Notes: generated by a model from the sequence alone, not told the origin. 59,828 nucleotides of DNA from Bacteroidales bacterium (GCA_040880545.1 JBBDIE010000194.1:236-60063), one strand, 5' to 3'; positions 40,298-50,252 are shown, numbered from the stretch's first letter. Numbers and translations: made by a program.

Positions 40298-40361
40298 AAA
40301 AAACTTGCCGTCATGAGCTTTATATATTAACCTAAACCAGAGAAGTACGACGGCAAGTTTT
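40298..40361. repeat. 14-bp perfect inverted repeat with a 36-nt spacer
   Basis: aaaaacttgccgtc (40298..40311) pairs with gacggcaagttttt (40348..40361). It resembles a bidirectional terminator, but the loop is very large and contains the dispersed core gtcatgagc. Confidence 0.7.
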
Positions 40362-40507
40362 TGAGAGTCGGGGTAAATGTAAGAGAACACAAGTAGGGAT
40401 AAAAATTAATTCAGTGTAAGGGAAGCAAAGAACGCCTCATTACATTTTCCTGCCGGTAAACGGCGTAAACACCATTGTAAACTACTGGGCCTGACTCCTG
40501 AACAGGG

Positions 40508-41527
40508 TTATACCTGATTCTCCAGGATCAACAACGTATCGCTATGCTCCGAATGATTCAACCTGATTGTGAATCGTCCGGGGTAGAGTTGTTCCATCTC
40601 ATCAATAATCATCCCTGGGTCGTCTATGAATAAACCATTTTTCCTGCTCCACGATATTTCAGTTACATTGCGGGATGATCTCGATACCACCAGTTTATCT
40701 GCAGGAAACTGTCCAGCTTGCCGGCACATGATCTCGATTGGTGAAAATACCATACATCCAGGAATTTCCTGCGGGCCGGGTCCATTATCTTCCATACGTA
40801 CCCCCGGATGACTCTTTGCCAGGAATATCCCATATAACTGCAACAGTTTCCGAACATTTTTCAGTTCCTCCTCCATCCTGATTACTGGACTTTTCCTGGA
40901 TTGCATCACCGATTTTAATATTTCAGAGAGAAGGACAATCGCAGCAGGTACTTTTTCAGCACTATCAGACGAAAGCCTTTCAATGGATGAGATCGAATAC
41001 AACAACATCCCCGGCAGGATCTCTGCATTTGCATCAGCCCGTTCCAAAAACAAATTCCTGCTGATGATCTGCTGCTTCTTTTTATCAGAAATGTACCAGG
41101 TTCGGATCATCTTTGTTGCTGCAAAAACCAGGATAATATAGATATTTCCTATTCCACTGACAAATACTTTCCCCGGATCAAACTTAGAAAAGTCATGAGA
41201 AAATACCCCTGGGAATAATTTTGACATGATGCCCGAAGTAATGACCATTTCAATAAAGGAAAAAAGTGTCATCAAAAAAATGAAAAGGAGCACAAACAGG
41301 ATGATATAATAGCCCTTTAAAAATCTGGAAGCTGCCCAGTATACAACCAGGTAAGTGTGCAGGATAAATATCGGCAAGGTAACCAGGTAGTAAGCCAGCC
41401 ATCCGGCATAAACATCCATTCCGGATCCAAAACTCTTTACGAAAGTAAATCCGAAAACCCAGGCTGCCCAGAATATTCCGTGTCTTAAATACCTGTTTTC
41501 AATTGATATGTTTACCGGTCCGGTCAT
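40508..41527 (-). CDS. membrane-bound LytS-type kinase paralog with degenerate catalytic motifs (pseudokinase candidate)
   Basis: About five TM helices. The H-box position reads AEILPGMLLYSISS (His replaced) and the N-box position reads SPIEIMCRQ (Asn lost). The start is 1 nt after the upstream kinase stop. Confidence 0.7.
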   Translation of the reverse strand: MTGPVNISIENRYLRHGIFWAAWVFGFTFVKSFGSGMDVYAGWLAYYLVTLPIFILHTYLVVYWAASRFLKGYYIILFVLLFIFLMTLFSFIEMVITSGIMSKLFPGVFSHDFSKFDPGKVFVSGIGNIYIILVFAATKMIRTWYISDKKKQQIISRNLFLERADANAEILPGMLLYSISSIERLSSDSAEKVPAAIVLLSEILKSVMQSRKSPVIRMEEELKNVRKLLQLYGIFLAKSHPGVRMEDNGPGPQEIPGCMVFSPIEIMCRQAGQFPADKLVVSRSSRNVTEISWSRKNGLFIDDPGMIIDEMEQLYPGRFTIRLNHSEHSDTLLILENQV

Positions 41528-41528
41528 C

Positions 41529-42599
41529 TTAAATTCTCAGTTTCAGGTCTATACTGTATGTATCATCTTTGTTATACACGCACATCGTGTACTTACCCGG
41601 GTAAAGTAATTGTAGTGCATTGTTGCTGCCAGCTGACACACCTTTGTTGAATTCCGATGCTGCCTCACCAGGATATCCGCTTTTGCTGTTTGAAGCATGA
41701 AATGAAACACTATTCTCCGCCGAATGCACCGATATTCGGATCCAGGCTGAACCATCTTCCAGGCTGCAGCCATGATCAAAGCAGTTCTCCACAAATGTAA
41801 ACAGTACAAATGGATATAATTTCTTCCCCCCGGCCTCACCGGTTACCACGTAATCAACTGAAAGCCGCTCACCGTATCTTAATTTTTCCAGATTAATGTA
41901 ATCTTCAATGGCCCGGAGTTCCCTGCTTAGTGGAACAGACTGTGATTTCCCGTCGATAAAGTAAAAAGACAATACCGAACGAAGCCTTCCCAGGTTACTT
42001 TTTACCACATCGGCATGATTCAGAGACAAACAATAAAGGTTATTCAGGTTATTGAAAACTACATGGGGATCCAGTTGATGCTTAAGTAATTTTATCTCAG
42101 ACCTGATCTGATATTCCTGCAACTCCTTTAACCTTCTATTCAGATGATGGTTATCTTTCAAAAATTTCGCAATCAGAAAAATGGCAACAATAAAGGTCAT
42201 ATCTTTCGTATTTACAATCATCCTGGAAAGTTCGAAAGTCCGGGATGAATCCGGATATTCACCCGAAATTACCGAGTAAAAGAGATAATCGGAAAAGAGA
42301 AATTTTAAACCGGAGATAACCATTCCGCCCATAACAAAAGCGGTAATAAAGAAAATATACTTTCTGTTGCTCAATAACCACGGAACCAGGATATATGCTG
42401 TCAGGTAGGCATATCCGAAAAAAAAGACTGAATTAATCAAAACCCCCTGTAATATATCGGTAAGTGTGCCTGGTCGGGCCCCCTGAAACCAGATGATCCA
42501 GGTAAATAAAAGGTTCATCCCGATAAACAGAAACAGATGCCTTCCGACACGGAACAAGCCTTTATCCGAATACAAAAGTAATTCCGTTATTTTGCTCAT
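41529..42599 (-). CDS. LytS/YehU-type sensor histidine kinase
   Basis: Multi-TM N-terminus, H-box LDPHVVFNNLNNLY, N-box FVENCFDHG. Confidence 0.85.
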   Translation of the reverse strand: MSKITELLLYSDKGLFRVGRHLFLFIGMNLLFTWIIWFQGARPGTLTDILQGVLINSVFFFGYAYLTAYILVPWLLSNRKYIFFITAFVMGGMVISGLKFLFSDYLFYSVISGEYPDSSRTFELSRMIVNTKDMTFIVAIFLIAKFLKDNHHLNRRLKELQEYQIRSEIKLLKHQLDPHVVFNNLNNLYCLSLNHADVVKSNLGRLRSVLSFYFIDGKSQSVPLSRELRAIEDYINLEKLRYGERLSVDYVVTGEAGGKKLYPFVLFTFVENCFDHGCSLEDGSAWIRISVHSAENSVSFHASNSKSGYPGEAASEFNKGVSAGSNNALQLLYPGKYTMCVYNKDDTYSIDLKLRI

Positions 42600-42892
42600 A
42601 AACCTCTGTTAATGATTTAGATTGCTCTGTCAAACTCCAGCAATTGACCATACAATATTACGAACGTGGTAACTTTCCTCCATCTATAATCTGTAAACAA
42701 CAGCAATGTTTCAGTATACAACCACTATCGGTCCTGATTTGCAGTATGCCCGGACTTTCAGGTTATTCACGGTCCAAAGGCTGCGGTTGGCTGAATTATT
42801 ATGGAATCGTTGTTGAATTTATATTGTTAAACATAACTTGAGATTCTATATGTATGTTGCTAACTTTATACCAATGCTATAATAAACATTAG

Positions 42893-43612
42893 ATGAAAAC
42901 AAAATGTATAATAATAGATGATGAACCGCTTGCACGGGAATTAATCAGGGGGCACGTCCAGAAGCTTGAGAATTTCGAAATAGTCCGGGAATGTGCAAAT
43001 GCCATGGAGGCGATGGAGACGTTACGGGGTAACAACATCGACCTGATGTTTCTGGATATAAAAATGCCCCAGATTTCCGGAATTGAATTTCTAAAGACAA
43101 TTAAAAATCCGCCTAAAGTTATCATCACCACAGCATTCAGCCAGTATGCCATTGAAGGGTTTGAACTGGATGTAGTGGATTATCTTATGAAACCGGTAAC
43201 GTTCGAACGGTTTTTCAAAGCGGTGAATAAATTTTTCGCCACTCAAACCAGACAGGAAGTTACCATGGAAAGCGAGCATGGTATCAACGAGCATGAATTC
43301 ATCTATGTCAAGGAAAACAAAAAGATCATCAAGATATACCTGAAAGATATTCATTTTATAGAAGGTTTGAACGAATACATCCGTATCCATACCGACACAC
43401 GCAGGGTAGTGGTGAAGAGCAGCCTCCTGTCCATAGAAAAGAACCTGCCATCTGAATTGTTCATTCGTGTACATAAATCCTACATTGTTTCAATACCGAG
43501 GATCCGTGCCTTCAATGCCACAACCATTGAGCTTGAAAATGCGAAGGTGCGTATCGGAAGAAATTACAAAAACCAGGTATTCAGTTCGCTGCAGTTTAAA
43601 AACGAAGTTTAG
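42893..43612 (+). CDS. LytTR-family response regulator
   Basis: Receiver domain (IIIDDEP...DLMFLDIKMP...K) plus a C-terminal LytTR DNA-binding domain (FIRVHKSYIV). Confidence 0.92.
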   Translation: MKTKCIIIDDEPLARELIRGHVQKLENFEIVRECANAMEAMETLRGNNIDLMFLDIKMPQISGIEFLKTIKNPPKVIITTAFSQYAIEGFELDVVDYLMKPVTFERFFKAVNKFFATQTRQEVTMESEHGINEHEFIYVKENKKIIKIYLKDIHFIEGLNEYIRIHTDTRRVVVKSSLLSIEKNLPSELFIRVHKSYIVSIPRIRAFNATTIELENAKVRIGRNYKNQVFSSLQFKNEV

Positions 43613-43701
43613 TAGTATTAAACCGGACAAGTATCAGTGGAGCGGTCATAAATAAAGGGTGCCCCTTTCGGAACACCCTTTACCAGGATAAAAATAGATG
43701 A

Positions 43702-44460
43702 TCAGTCAGGCACCGTAAATGTATGGGTGTTGTTATCCCATACTCCTCCGGTATCATCAACAACTGTGTAGTCCACAACAATGGTCCTGGTAACACCATC
43801 ATAGGAACCCGAACCACTAATTGTAAGTGGTGTATCTCCATATATTTGAACTTGTGGATCAATGATCACCTTCTGGTCGAAATCTGCACTGAAAGAATAG
43901 TCGATTTCCCATCCGGAGTCCCAAAAATTGGTATTTGTCAGTACATGATCCACATCCGTAGCAACAAAATCTACCAGGTAATCGCCATATCCGGGTTCAT
44001 TGCAATTGAAGGCGATGGCATAATCGTCTTGTACAAATGGTACGAACCTGGTAATGGTAACATCCACGGCAAGATTGTTCCCGTTTCTGCCCAATGCAAT
44101 ACCACCACTCACCTCTGTCAAAGTCAGTGTGGCCGACAGGGAAGCATCGGTTACGATCCCGGCCTCAACCGGAATTACAACGGTTTCCTGGCTCTTTCCG
44201 CCATCGATCAACACAGTGCCGGAAGCCTCGTAATCCCCGGTAATCTCATAGGAAACAGTGTATGATTCATAAATCACCGTTCTGGAACTAAGTGTGACTT
44301 GTATGTTTCCCCCTTCCGGAACAGTAATTACTGAGGTATTGGCCAACTCCACGTATGCCGGGTAGGAATTTGAAAAATCAGGTTCTGCAGGATCATAGGT
44401 CTCGCAACTTGAGAGGATCATCAATGCAAGCAGGACTGTTATTTTAAATATATTCTTCAT
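43702..44460 (-). CDS. hypothetical surface lipoprotein of the SusC/D locus
   Basis: Lipobox LILSSC. 252 aa of beta-rich sequence, 12 nt downstream of susD-like. Confidence 0.7.
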   Translation of the reverse strand: MKNIFKITVLLALMILSSCETYDPAEPDFSNSYPAYVELANTSVITVPEGGNIQVTLSSRTVIYESYTVSYEITGDYEASGTVLIDGGKSQETVVIPVEAGIVTDASLSATLTLTEVSGGIALGRNGNNLAVDVTITRFVPFVQDDYAIAFNCNEPGYGDYLVDFVATDVDHVLTNTNFWDSGWEIDYSFSADFDQKVIIDPQVQIYGDTPLTISGSGSYDGVTRTIVVDYTVVDDTGGVWDNNTHTFTVPD

Positions 44461-44472
44461 CTTTCTTTTTTT

Positions 44473-45918
44473 TTATTTGTCAAACCATAGCTTATCATAA
44501 ATCTGCGGAATCTCTTCCGGGGCGTTTATGTTCCCGGTAAGTTCATCATCAGGATAGGGCCAGCGTCGCATGATACCACCTGCAGGGGCCCCATTGGGTA
44601 ACTGAAGGTCCGGCACCTCGTTCCCCTCATCACCAGAACGTCTTGACTGAATCCATGCATCCAGGCTACGGTCCATCAAGTGGATCCAATGTTGAACATG
44701 AACCTCGTAAAGTGCATCCTCGGCAGTCATTCCTGAAATATCGGGTAGATCGTTTGTTATAAAATTATCAGTTTCACCCTGGGGAACTTCGTAAAACAAC
44801 ATTGATTCAGTTACAGCCTCTTCCAAATAGGTTGCAGCTCGATTCAGATCAACCCCGACACCTATTCCCCGGGTATAGATCTCTGCCAGGTAAAACAGCA
44901 CCTCTGAATTACTGTAAATCAATTCAGGTGCATCAGCCCTGTAGAGATAACTGCTTATCACACTGGTTGTGGCATCTGCCTCGGTGGCGGTTTCAATAGC
45001 TTTGAACTCTCCCGGGGCAGCTTCCGGTCCTTCGTCGAAATAGACCGGGATACGGGGATCATTATATGCCGCCATAAAATCATACACATTTCTGTTGGCA
45101 AAAATCCAGAAATTGGAACCACTGGTATATTTATCAAACAGTTTGAATTTGATGTTCTGGTTTTCAGGACTGTCGAAAAACGGAAACTTAAAATTGTCTT
45201 CAGCCGAAGAAATAAAATCTTCGTCAAGGAGAGCCGCAATCTCTGAAGCCACAGACGGATCCTGGTCATATAAGGTCATATATATCTTTAACTTAACAGC
45301 ATTTGCAAATCTGATCCATTTATCCAGGTCTCCCTTGTAAAACAGATCACTTTCGATGATCCGCACCGGACTGCTGTTATCAATCTGTTCAATGGCCGCA
45401 TCAATATCTTCGATGAGTCCGCGAAGTATTACCTCCTGCGGTTCAAATTCAGGATAAGCATGATCGGCGCTCCAAGCCTGAGAATAGGGCATGTCTCCGT
45501 AAATCATGGTACATTCATAAATCAACTCCGCCATCAGAATTTTCGATTGTGCCGCTTTGTTGGGCGCCATTGGATCACTGCTTTCTGCCAGGTCAATGGC
45601 CAGTTTCAGATTGTTACCACTGGTAGAGTAGTACATTTTCCATGTATTTCCCAGCGAATAAGGACTTATATCATACCGGTCTTCTCCATAACCCCAGCCA
45701 AATGAGCCACCGGTGGCAATGGATTGATTCATGAATCCGATGGGCATGTAATTGTCTCCGCCTGTCCGGTTTGCTGCATAACAAACTGCAGCATAAGCGA
45801 ACAAATCATCCGGGTCAGCCACGGTAGACTTATTCGGGTTGGTATTTACGTCCAGCCATGATTCGCAGGATGTACCAACCATCGAAATGATCAATGTGAT
45901 TATCAGTAATTTTTTCAT
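44473..45918 (-). CDS. SusD/RagB-family nutrient-binding outer membrane lipoprotein
   Basis: Lipobox MVGTSC, 481 aa, TPR-like helical content. It lies downstream of SusC. Confidence 0.85.
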   Translation of the reverse strand: MKKLLIITLIISMVGTSCESWLDVNTNPNKSTVADPDDLFAYAAVCYAANRTGGDNYMPIGFMNQSIATGGSFGWGYGEDRYDISPYSLGNTWKMYYSTSGNNLKLAIDLAESSDPMAPNKAAQSKILMAELIYECTMIYGDMPYSQAWSADHAYPEFEPQEVILRGLIEDIDAAIEQIDNSSPVRIIESDLFYKGDLDKWIRFANAVKLKIYMTLYDQDPSVASEIAALLDEDFISSAEDNFKFPFFDSPENQNIKFKLFDKYTSGSNFWIFANRNVYDFMAAYNDPRIPVYFDEGPEAAPGEFKAIETATEADATTSVISSYLYRADAPELIYSNSEVLFYLAEIYTRGIGVGVDLNRAATYLEEAVTESMLFYEVPQGETDNFITNDLPDISGMTAEDALYEVHVQHWIHLMDRSLDAWIQSRRSGDEGNEVPDLQLPNGAPAGGIMRRWPYPDDELTGNINAPEEIPQIYDKLWFDK

Positions 45919-45989
45919 CTTTCAAAATTTATGTCAATAGTTCTGTATCGTCCCCTGTGTGAAACAGGAACACGTACTATATTATTTTA

Positions 45990-48900
45990 TTAAAATGTTA
46001 ACATGAGATTAACCCCGTAACTTCTTACGGATGGGATACTGTTGAATTCAACCCCTTCACCTACTGCAGCAGGCCCGAAGAAATTCAGTTCAGGATCAAC
46101 ATGAGGAACAAGGTCCCTGATGATCCATAGGTTTCTGGCCTCTACACCAAGTCTTAATCCTTCAATAAAGGTCCTCTCAAGCATGCCTCCCGGTAAATTA
46201 TAGGAGAGCCGTATCTCTCTTAATTTGATGTAAGAGGCATCGAATACATTGCCTTCTGTATTACTGATGGCACTGTAATGCGACCAGAAATCCTGCATGC
46301 TCTGCACAGGAACATCATTGGGAACGTAGGTCCCGTCACCCTGGTCAAGAACACCGTGGTCGATAAAGGACTGCCCCCTGTTTTCTAAGGTTTCTATGGC
46401 CAGGCCCGATGATCGGACACCTCCCACCGTACCGGAATAGAAGACTCCACCCTGTCTGATATCAACCAAAAAATTCAGGTCAATTCCCTTGAATGAGAAG
46501 GTATTATTTATTCCCATGATCCAGTCAGGATAGATATCCCCGAATCTTTTGCCGGGAGCTATTTCCCTGAGACCTGTATTTGGATTGATGATGATCTCAC
46601 CGGCTTCATTTCTTTTCCAACCGGTACCGTACAGTCCAAACTCCTCACCCGGAGTGGCTTTAATCTGCAAGCCGCTCCAACCACTGGTAAGCTGGTACTC
46701 TGACAATCCCTCGGAAAGCTCTTCCACAATCTGTGTGTTTTTATTGAAGTTGACATCAACATTCCAGTTTACTCCGCCCGTCTTCCTGACAATAGCCAGG
46801 TGAAGGTCTGCCTCAAACCCCACATTGGATACGGCTCCAACATTTACATTCTTGTTGAAATATCCAGTGGAGAGTGGTATGTCAATGGCAATGATCTGGT
46901 TGGTAGTCATTGTATTATAATAGGTGAAATCAATGCCTATACGGTTGTTAAAAAGGCGCAGATCTGTGCCCACTTCAACAGTTGAAGCATTTTGCGGCTG
47001 AAGATCAGCGGTAGGATAAACTCTCGGTCCTGTAACCCCCACGAGTCCGCCGTGCGGAAAGTTACCATTCAGACTGAATTGGGCGTAGTATTCTTCTGCA
47101 GCCGTAAATTGAAAATCGAGTTGGTAAGGATCTTCATCGGAACCAACATTCGCCCAGCTCAACCGTATCTTACCAAAACTTAACACATCATTTTTTGGTA
47201 GTAATTCTGTGAATATCAAACTACTGCTCACGGAAGGATAGAAATAAGCATTATTAGACACAGGTAGTGTGGAACTCCAGTCATTCCTTCCTGTAATATT
47301 CATGTAGAGGAAATTTTTATAACTGAGACCAACATCTGCATAGACACCCATCAGCCGCCTGATATTATAAAGATTTGAGGGACTGGTTGATTTGGCATTA
47401 CCAAAAGTATACAGGTCGTCAAGTACCAGATCTGTAGCAGTTACTGTAGTTCTGCGCCATTCCGCCTGGTAAATATTATGCCCCGCAATAACCCGCACAT
47501 TCAGATCGCTGTTCAGATCAAAATTCATGGTAGCCATGGCATCGTTATTGAATACCCTGTTGAAAAGATTCCAGGTAGTGAACTTCCCGTTCATATGCCC
47601 CAGTGTCCCTTTTTTATATACTTGTCTGCGGTACTCAGCATAGAAATCAGTACCAACCCTGTTTGATATTGTCAGCCAATCTGTTAGTTTATAGGAAACA
47701 TGCATGCTTCCGATCATCCGCTCCAGGTCATTGGTAAATTTGTTGTTGTTAATGATCCAGTAAGGGTTATTTACAGACTTATCACCGTCGAGCGAAATTT
47801 GTTTACCAAATTCATCCACATAATTATTCTTCACATCTTCAATACTAACAGTCCTGGGGAGCCCGTTGATCTTTGAGGAGAGGATGTTCTTGTCATTACT
47901 GCCCTGGGCAGGCCTCCCGGTAGAATTAGTTTTGATATAGTTGATGGATGCACGGGCAGAAAGCCTGTCTGAAAGTTTTCTTCCTGCATTGAGTGAGATA
48001 CTGTTTTTACCGTAATAGGATTCGGGTATCACCCCCTGCTGTGAATTATTTGTCACACCGAGGCGGAAATCAGAATTCTCGTCTCCTCCCGAGATACCGA
48101 TGGAATTGATCATAGTCAACCCGGTCTGATAAAAGTCGCGTACATTGTTCGGATAGGCCTGCAAAGTGACCTCATCACCTTTAAAATCAGTGAATAATTG
48201 ATCCTGAACCTGGCTGATTTCGGGTCCCCAGCCATTGAGAAACTTCAGGTCATAATTTCCATAACTTCCCTGTGCATATTCATTTTGAAATTCGGGAAGC
48301 TTCAGGGGTGTGTCCCATCGGTAGGAAGAATTTAGCTGAACCTGCATGGTTCCTGCCTTGCCTCGTTTAGTGGTAATAATAATGGCACCGTTCTTTGCAC
48401 GTGCACCATAAAGTGCTGTAGCAGCAGAACCTTTCAGTACCGAAATAGATTGTACATCATCAGAGCTTAGGTCTGTGGCCCTGTTCCCCACATCAACATT
48501 TCCTTCTATTTCATTTGGCTCATAGTATGAGTTGTCAATGGGCATTCCATCCACAACAAATATGGGCTGGTTGTCGCCGCCCAGGGAGTTGGCACCACGA
48601 ATAATAATCTTGGAAGATCCGCCGACGGTTCCCGATTGCTGGTTTATCCTGACACCGGACACTTTTCCCGACAAGCTGTTCACGACACTTGATTCCCTGA
48701 CGGAATTAAGCTGTTCGTCGCCCACCGTGGAGACTTTATAACCAAGTGATTTTTCTGTCCGTGTAATTCCTACTGCCGTAACCACAACTTCGTCCAGGTT
48801 CAGATATTCAGAGATAAGTTCCACATTGATGGTGGAACGGCCGTTCACGGCCTCCTCTCTTCTGTCCATTCCAACGAAACTGAATATAAGTACGGCATCA

Positions 48901-49097
48901 TCCCCCGGTACTTCAATGGTATAGAAACCATCCACATCTGTAATGGTCCCTATTTGTGTACCCTGCACCAGGACGGATACACCTGGCAGGGGTGCATTGT
49001 CTTCGGCACTGGTAACCGTACCGGAAACTCCTGCCTGGGCAAGAGCAACTGTATAGCTCAGTGCCAAAAACAACGAGAAAAAAATAATTCTTTTCAT
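45990..49097 (-). CDS. SusC/RagA-family TonB-dependent outer membrane transporter
   Basis: 1035 aa with a signal peptide, carboxypeptidase-regulatory-like domain (GTVTSAEDNAPLPGVSVLVQGT), plug and a 22-strand barrel ending in F. There is no STN (anti-sigma signalling) domain. Confidence 0.95.
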   Translation of the reverse strand: MKRIIFFSLFLALSYTVALAQAGVSGTVTSAEDNAPLPGVSVLVQGTQIGTITDVDGFYTIEVPGDDAVLIFSFVGMDRREEAVNGRSTINVELISEYLNLDEVVVTAVGITRTEKSLGYKVSTVGDEQLNSVRESSVVNSLSGKVSGVRINQQSGTVGGSSKIIIRGANSLGGDNQPIFVVDGMPIDNSYYEPNEIEGNVDVGNRATDLSSDDVQSISVLKGSAATALYGARAKNGAIIITTKRGKAGTMQVQLNSSYRWDTPLKLPEFQNEYAQGSYGNYDLKFLNGWGPEISQVQDQLFTDFKGDEVTLQAYPNNVRDFYQTGLTMINSIGISGGDENSDFRLGVTNNSQQGVIPESYYGKNSISLNAGRKLSDRLSARASINYIKTNSTGRPAQGSNDKNILSSKINGLPRTVSIEDVKNNYVDEFGKQISLDGDKSVNNPYWIINNNKFTNDLERMIGSMHVSYKLTDWLTISNRVGTDFYAEYRRQVYKKGTLGHMNGKFTTWNLFNRVFNNDAMATMNFDLNSDLNVRVIAGHNIYQAEWRRTTVTATDLVLDDLYTFGNAKSTSPSNLYNIRRLMGVYADVGLSYKNFLYMNITGRNDWSSTLPVSNNAYFYPSVSSSLIFTELLPKNDVLSFGKIRLSWANVGSDEDPYQLDFQFTAAEEYYAQFSLNGNFPHGGLVGVTGPRVYPTADLQPQNASTVEVGTDLRLFNNRIGIDFTYYNTMTTNQIIAIDIPLSTGYFNKNVNVGAVSNVGFEADLHLAIVRKTGGVNWNVDVNFNKNTQIVEELSEGLSEYQLTSGWSGLQIKATPGEEFGLYGTGWKRNEAGEIIINPNTGLREIAPGKRFGDIYPDWIMGINNTFSFKGIDLNFLVDIRQGGVFYSGTVGGVRSSGLAIETLENRGQSFIDHGVLDQGDGTYVPNDVPVQSMQDFWSHYSAISNTEGNVFDASYIKLREIRLSYNLPGGMLERTFIEGLRLGVEARNLWIIRDLVPHVDPELNFFGPAAVGEGVEFNSIPSVRSYGVNLMLTF

Positions 49098-49464
49098 AGA
49101 ATAAAATTTAGTTGAACAAATAGTTTAATTTTTAACATCCTGCATGGAAAAACAAAGCTGCTACTGAAAATCAACTGCAGTCATATGATTTTCAACAACA
49201 AGAAAACAGGTAAAACCGGTAATAACTATTTAATTCAACCTACTGTAGCGCAGGAACAGTATTTGCATGTATATGCAGAAAGAAGGCCATTCACAGACCG
49301 CTGGCTGTTGTTAACACCCGTGGTTGACAGATTTTACAGACGATTATTGCCGAGTGCCTGGAATGCAGCTGTTAAAGAAGTGCAAAACAACAGGCTAAGC
49401 GTGTGAGCTACCAGTGGCCATGTTGAATAAGAGAGGAGGTTTATTTGATGAAAACGGTGAGGCG

Positions 49465-49501
49465 TAAAAACACAAATGGGGATAAATTTTACTTTATCCC
49501 C
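49465..49501 (-). terminator. intrinsic terminator on the minus strand inside the susC upstream spacer
   Basis: On the minus strand: GGGGATAAA-gtaaaa-TTTATCCCC followed by ATTTGTGTTTTTA. Confidence 0.6.
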
Positions 49502-49962
49502 ATTTCACTGCAGGAAGCCCACAGCCACCAAACAGTGCCAAGATACGGTTATGGCTGGCTTGTTGTTCAAAATCCCTTAGGATTTCTATCCCAGGCCCTG
49601 ACTTACCGATCATGCACCTTGGCGCACCATCGAAAAGCCGTCCATTCACCGGAAAATTAATCCCGGCTTCCCGGACTCACTGTCTGATCATTTACTCAAG
49701 CAGGTCTTACGATCTGACTTCAGAAAATGTGAATAGCCTTATGGAACCACAAAGGATTCTTTACAGCTCTTCATTCAGCAGTTCAACCTTTTAATGACCG
49801 ACCACAGTTTGATCTGTCAGGCTGAATGTAACAGGATTCCCCGTCACACGATTGGCTCTTATGATTTCCACAAAACAGTCTCCTGTAGTTGCGGCCGGAT
49901 CGATTGCCGTCTGGCTCACTTACCGGAACAATCTTCTGAACAGCCCTTTATCTCTCACTTGG
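49465..49962 (-). ncRNA. candidate ~0.5-kb non-coding transcript or attenuating leader (unclassified)
   Basis: Bounded by a promoter-like TAAATTTG box (49969..49976) and the terminator at 49478..49501. It has coding-like GC but no minus-strand ORF of 60 aa or more. No Rfam family was recognised by eye. Confidence 0.25.
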
Positions 49963-49968
49963 TAAAAC

Positions 49969-49976
49969 CAAATTTA
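49969..49976 (-). promoter_or_regulatory. Bacteroidota -7 promoter box (TAAATTTG on the minus strand)
   Basis: caaattta on the plus strand, with TTTG elements 10 and 26 nt upstream on the minus strand. I found no comparable box between 49098 and 49465. Confidence 0.3.
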
Positions 49977-50222
49977 TTCCATAAAACAAATCAAGTCAAG
50001 CAAACAGCCAAATCACTGTTCACAAACAATAAACAGAGGTTGTAAACAATTTGTTAATAGCAATTAACTGCATGAACAGGACTATACAGCACCGTACTGG
50101 CTGAATATTAACATTGGTTAATAACCTTTTATGAACAATAAACCTCCTTCAATTGATATTTTGTTGTAATTTGTTACATAATAAACGATGGAGAGCATAT
50201 CCCATTTTTTTTAGTTATCAAT

Positions 50223-50252
50223 TGAATGTTATACATTTGAATTTAACATTCA
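50223..50252. promoter_or_regulatory. 9-bp perfect inverted repeat enclosing a -7 promoter box (operator candidate)
   Basis: tgaatgtta (50223..50231) pairs with taacattca (50244..50252). The 12-nt spacer contains TACATTTG (50232..50239), 48 nt upstream of the ATG at 50287. Confidence 0.5.

Noticed and set aside
1243-44265. Long antisense or alternate-frame ORFs inside confident genes: 1243..1959, 7968..8486, 12549..13067, 13372..13923, 20816..21373, 28472..29086, 32399..33052 and 43723..44265.
   Set aside because: Each is fully embedded opposite or out of frame with a gene that has strong family motifs. Their translations are low-complexity or Arg/Ser/Pro-rich shadow ORFs.
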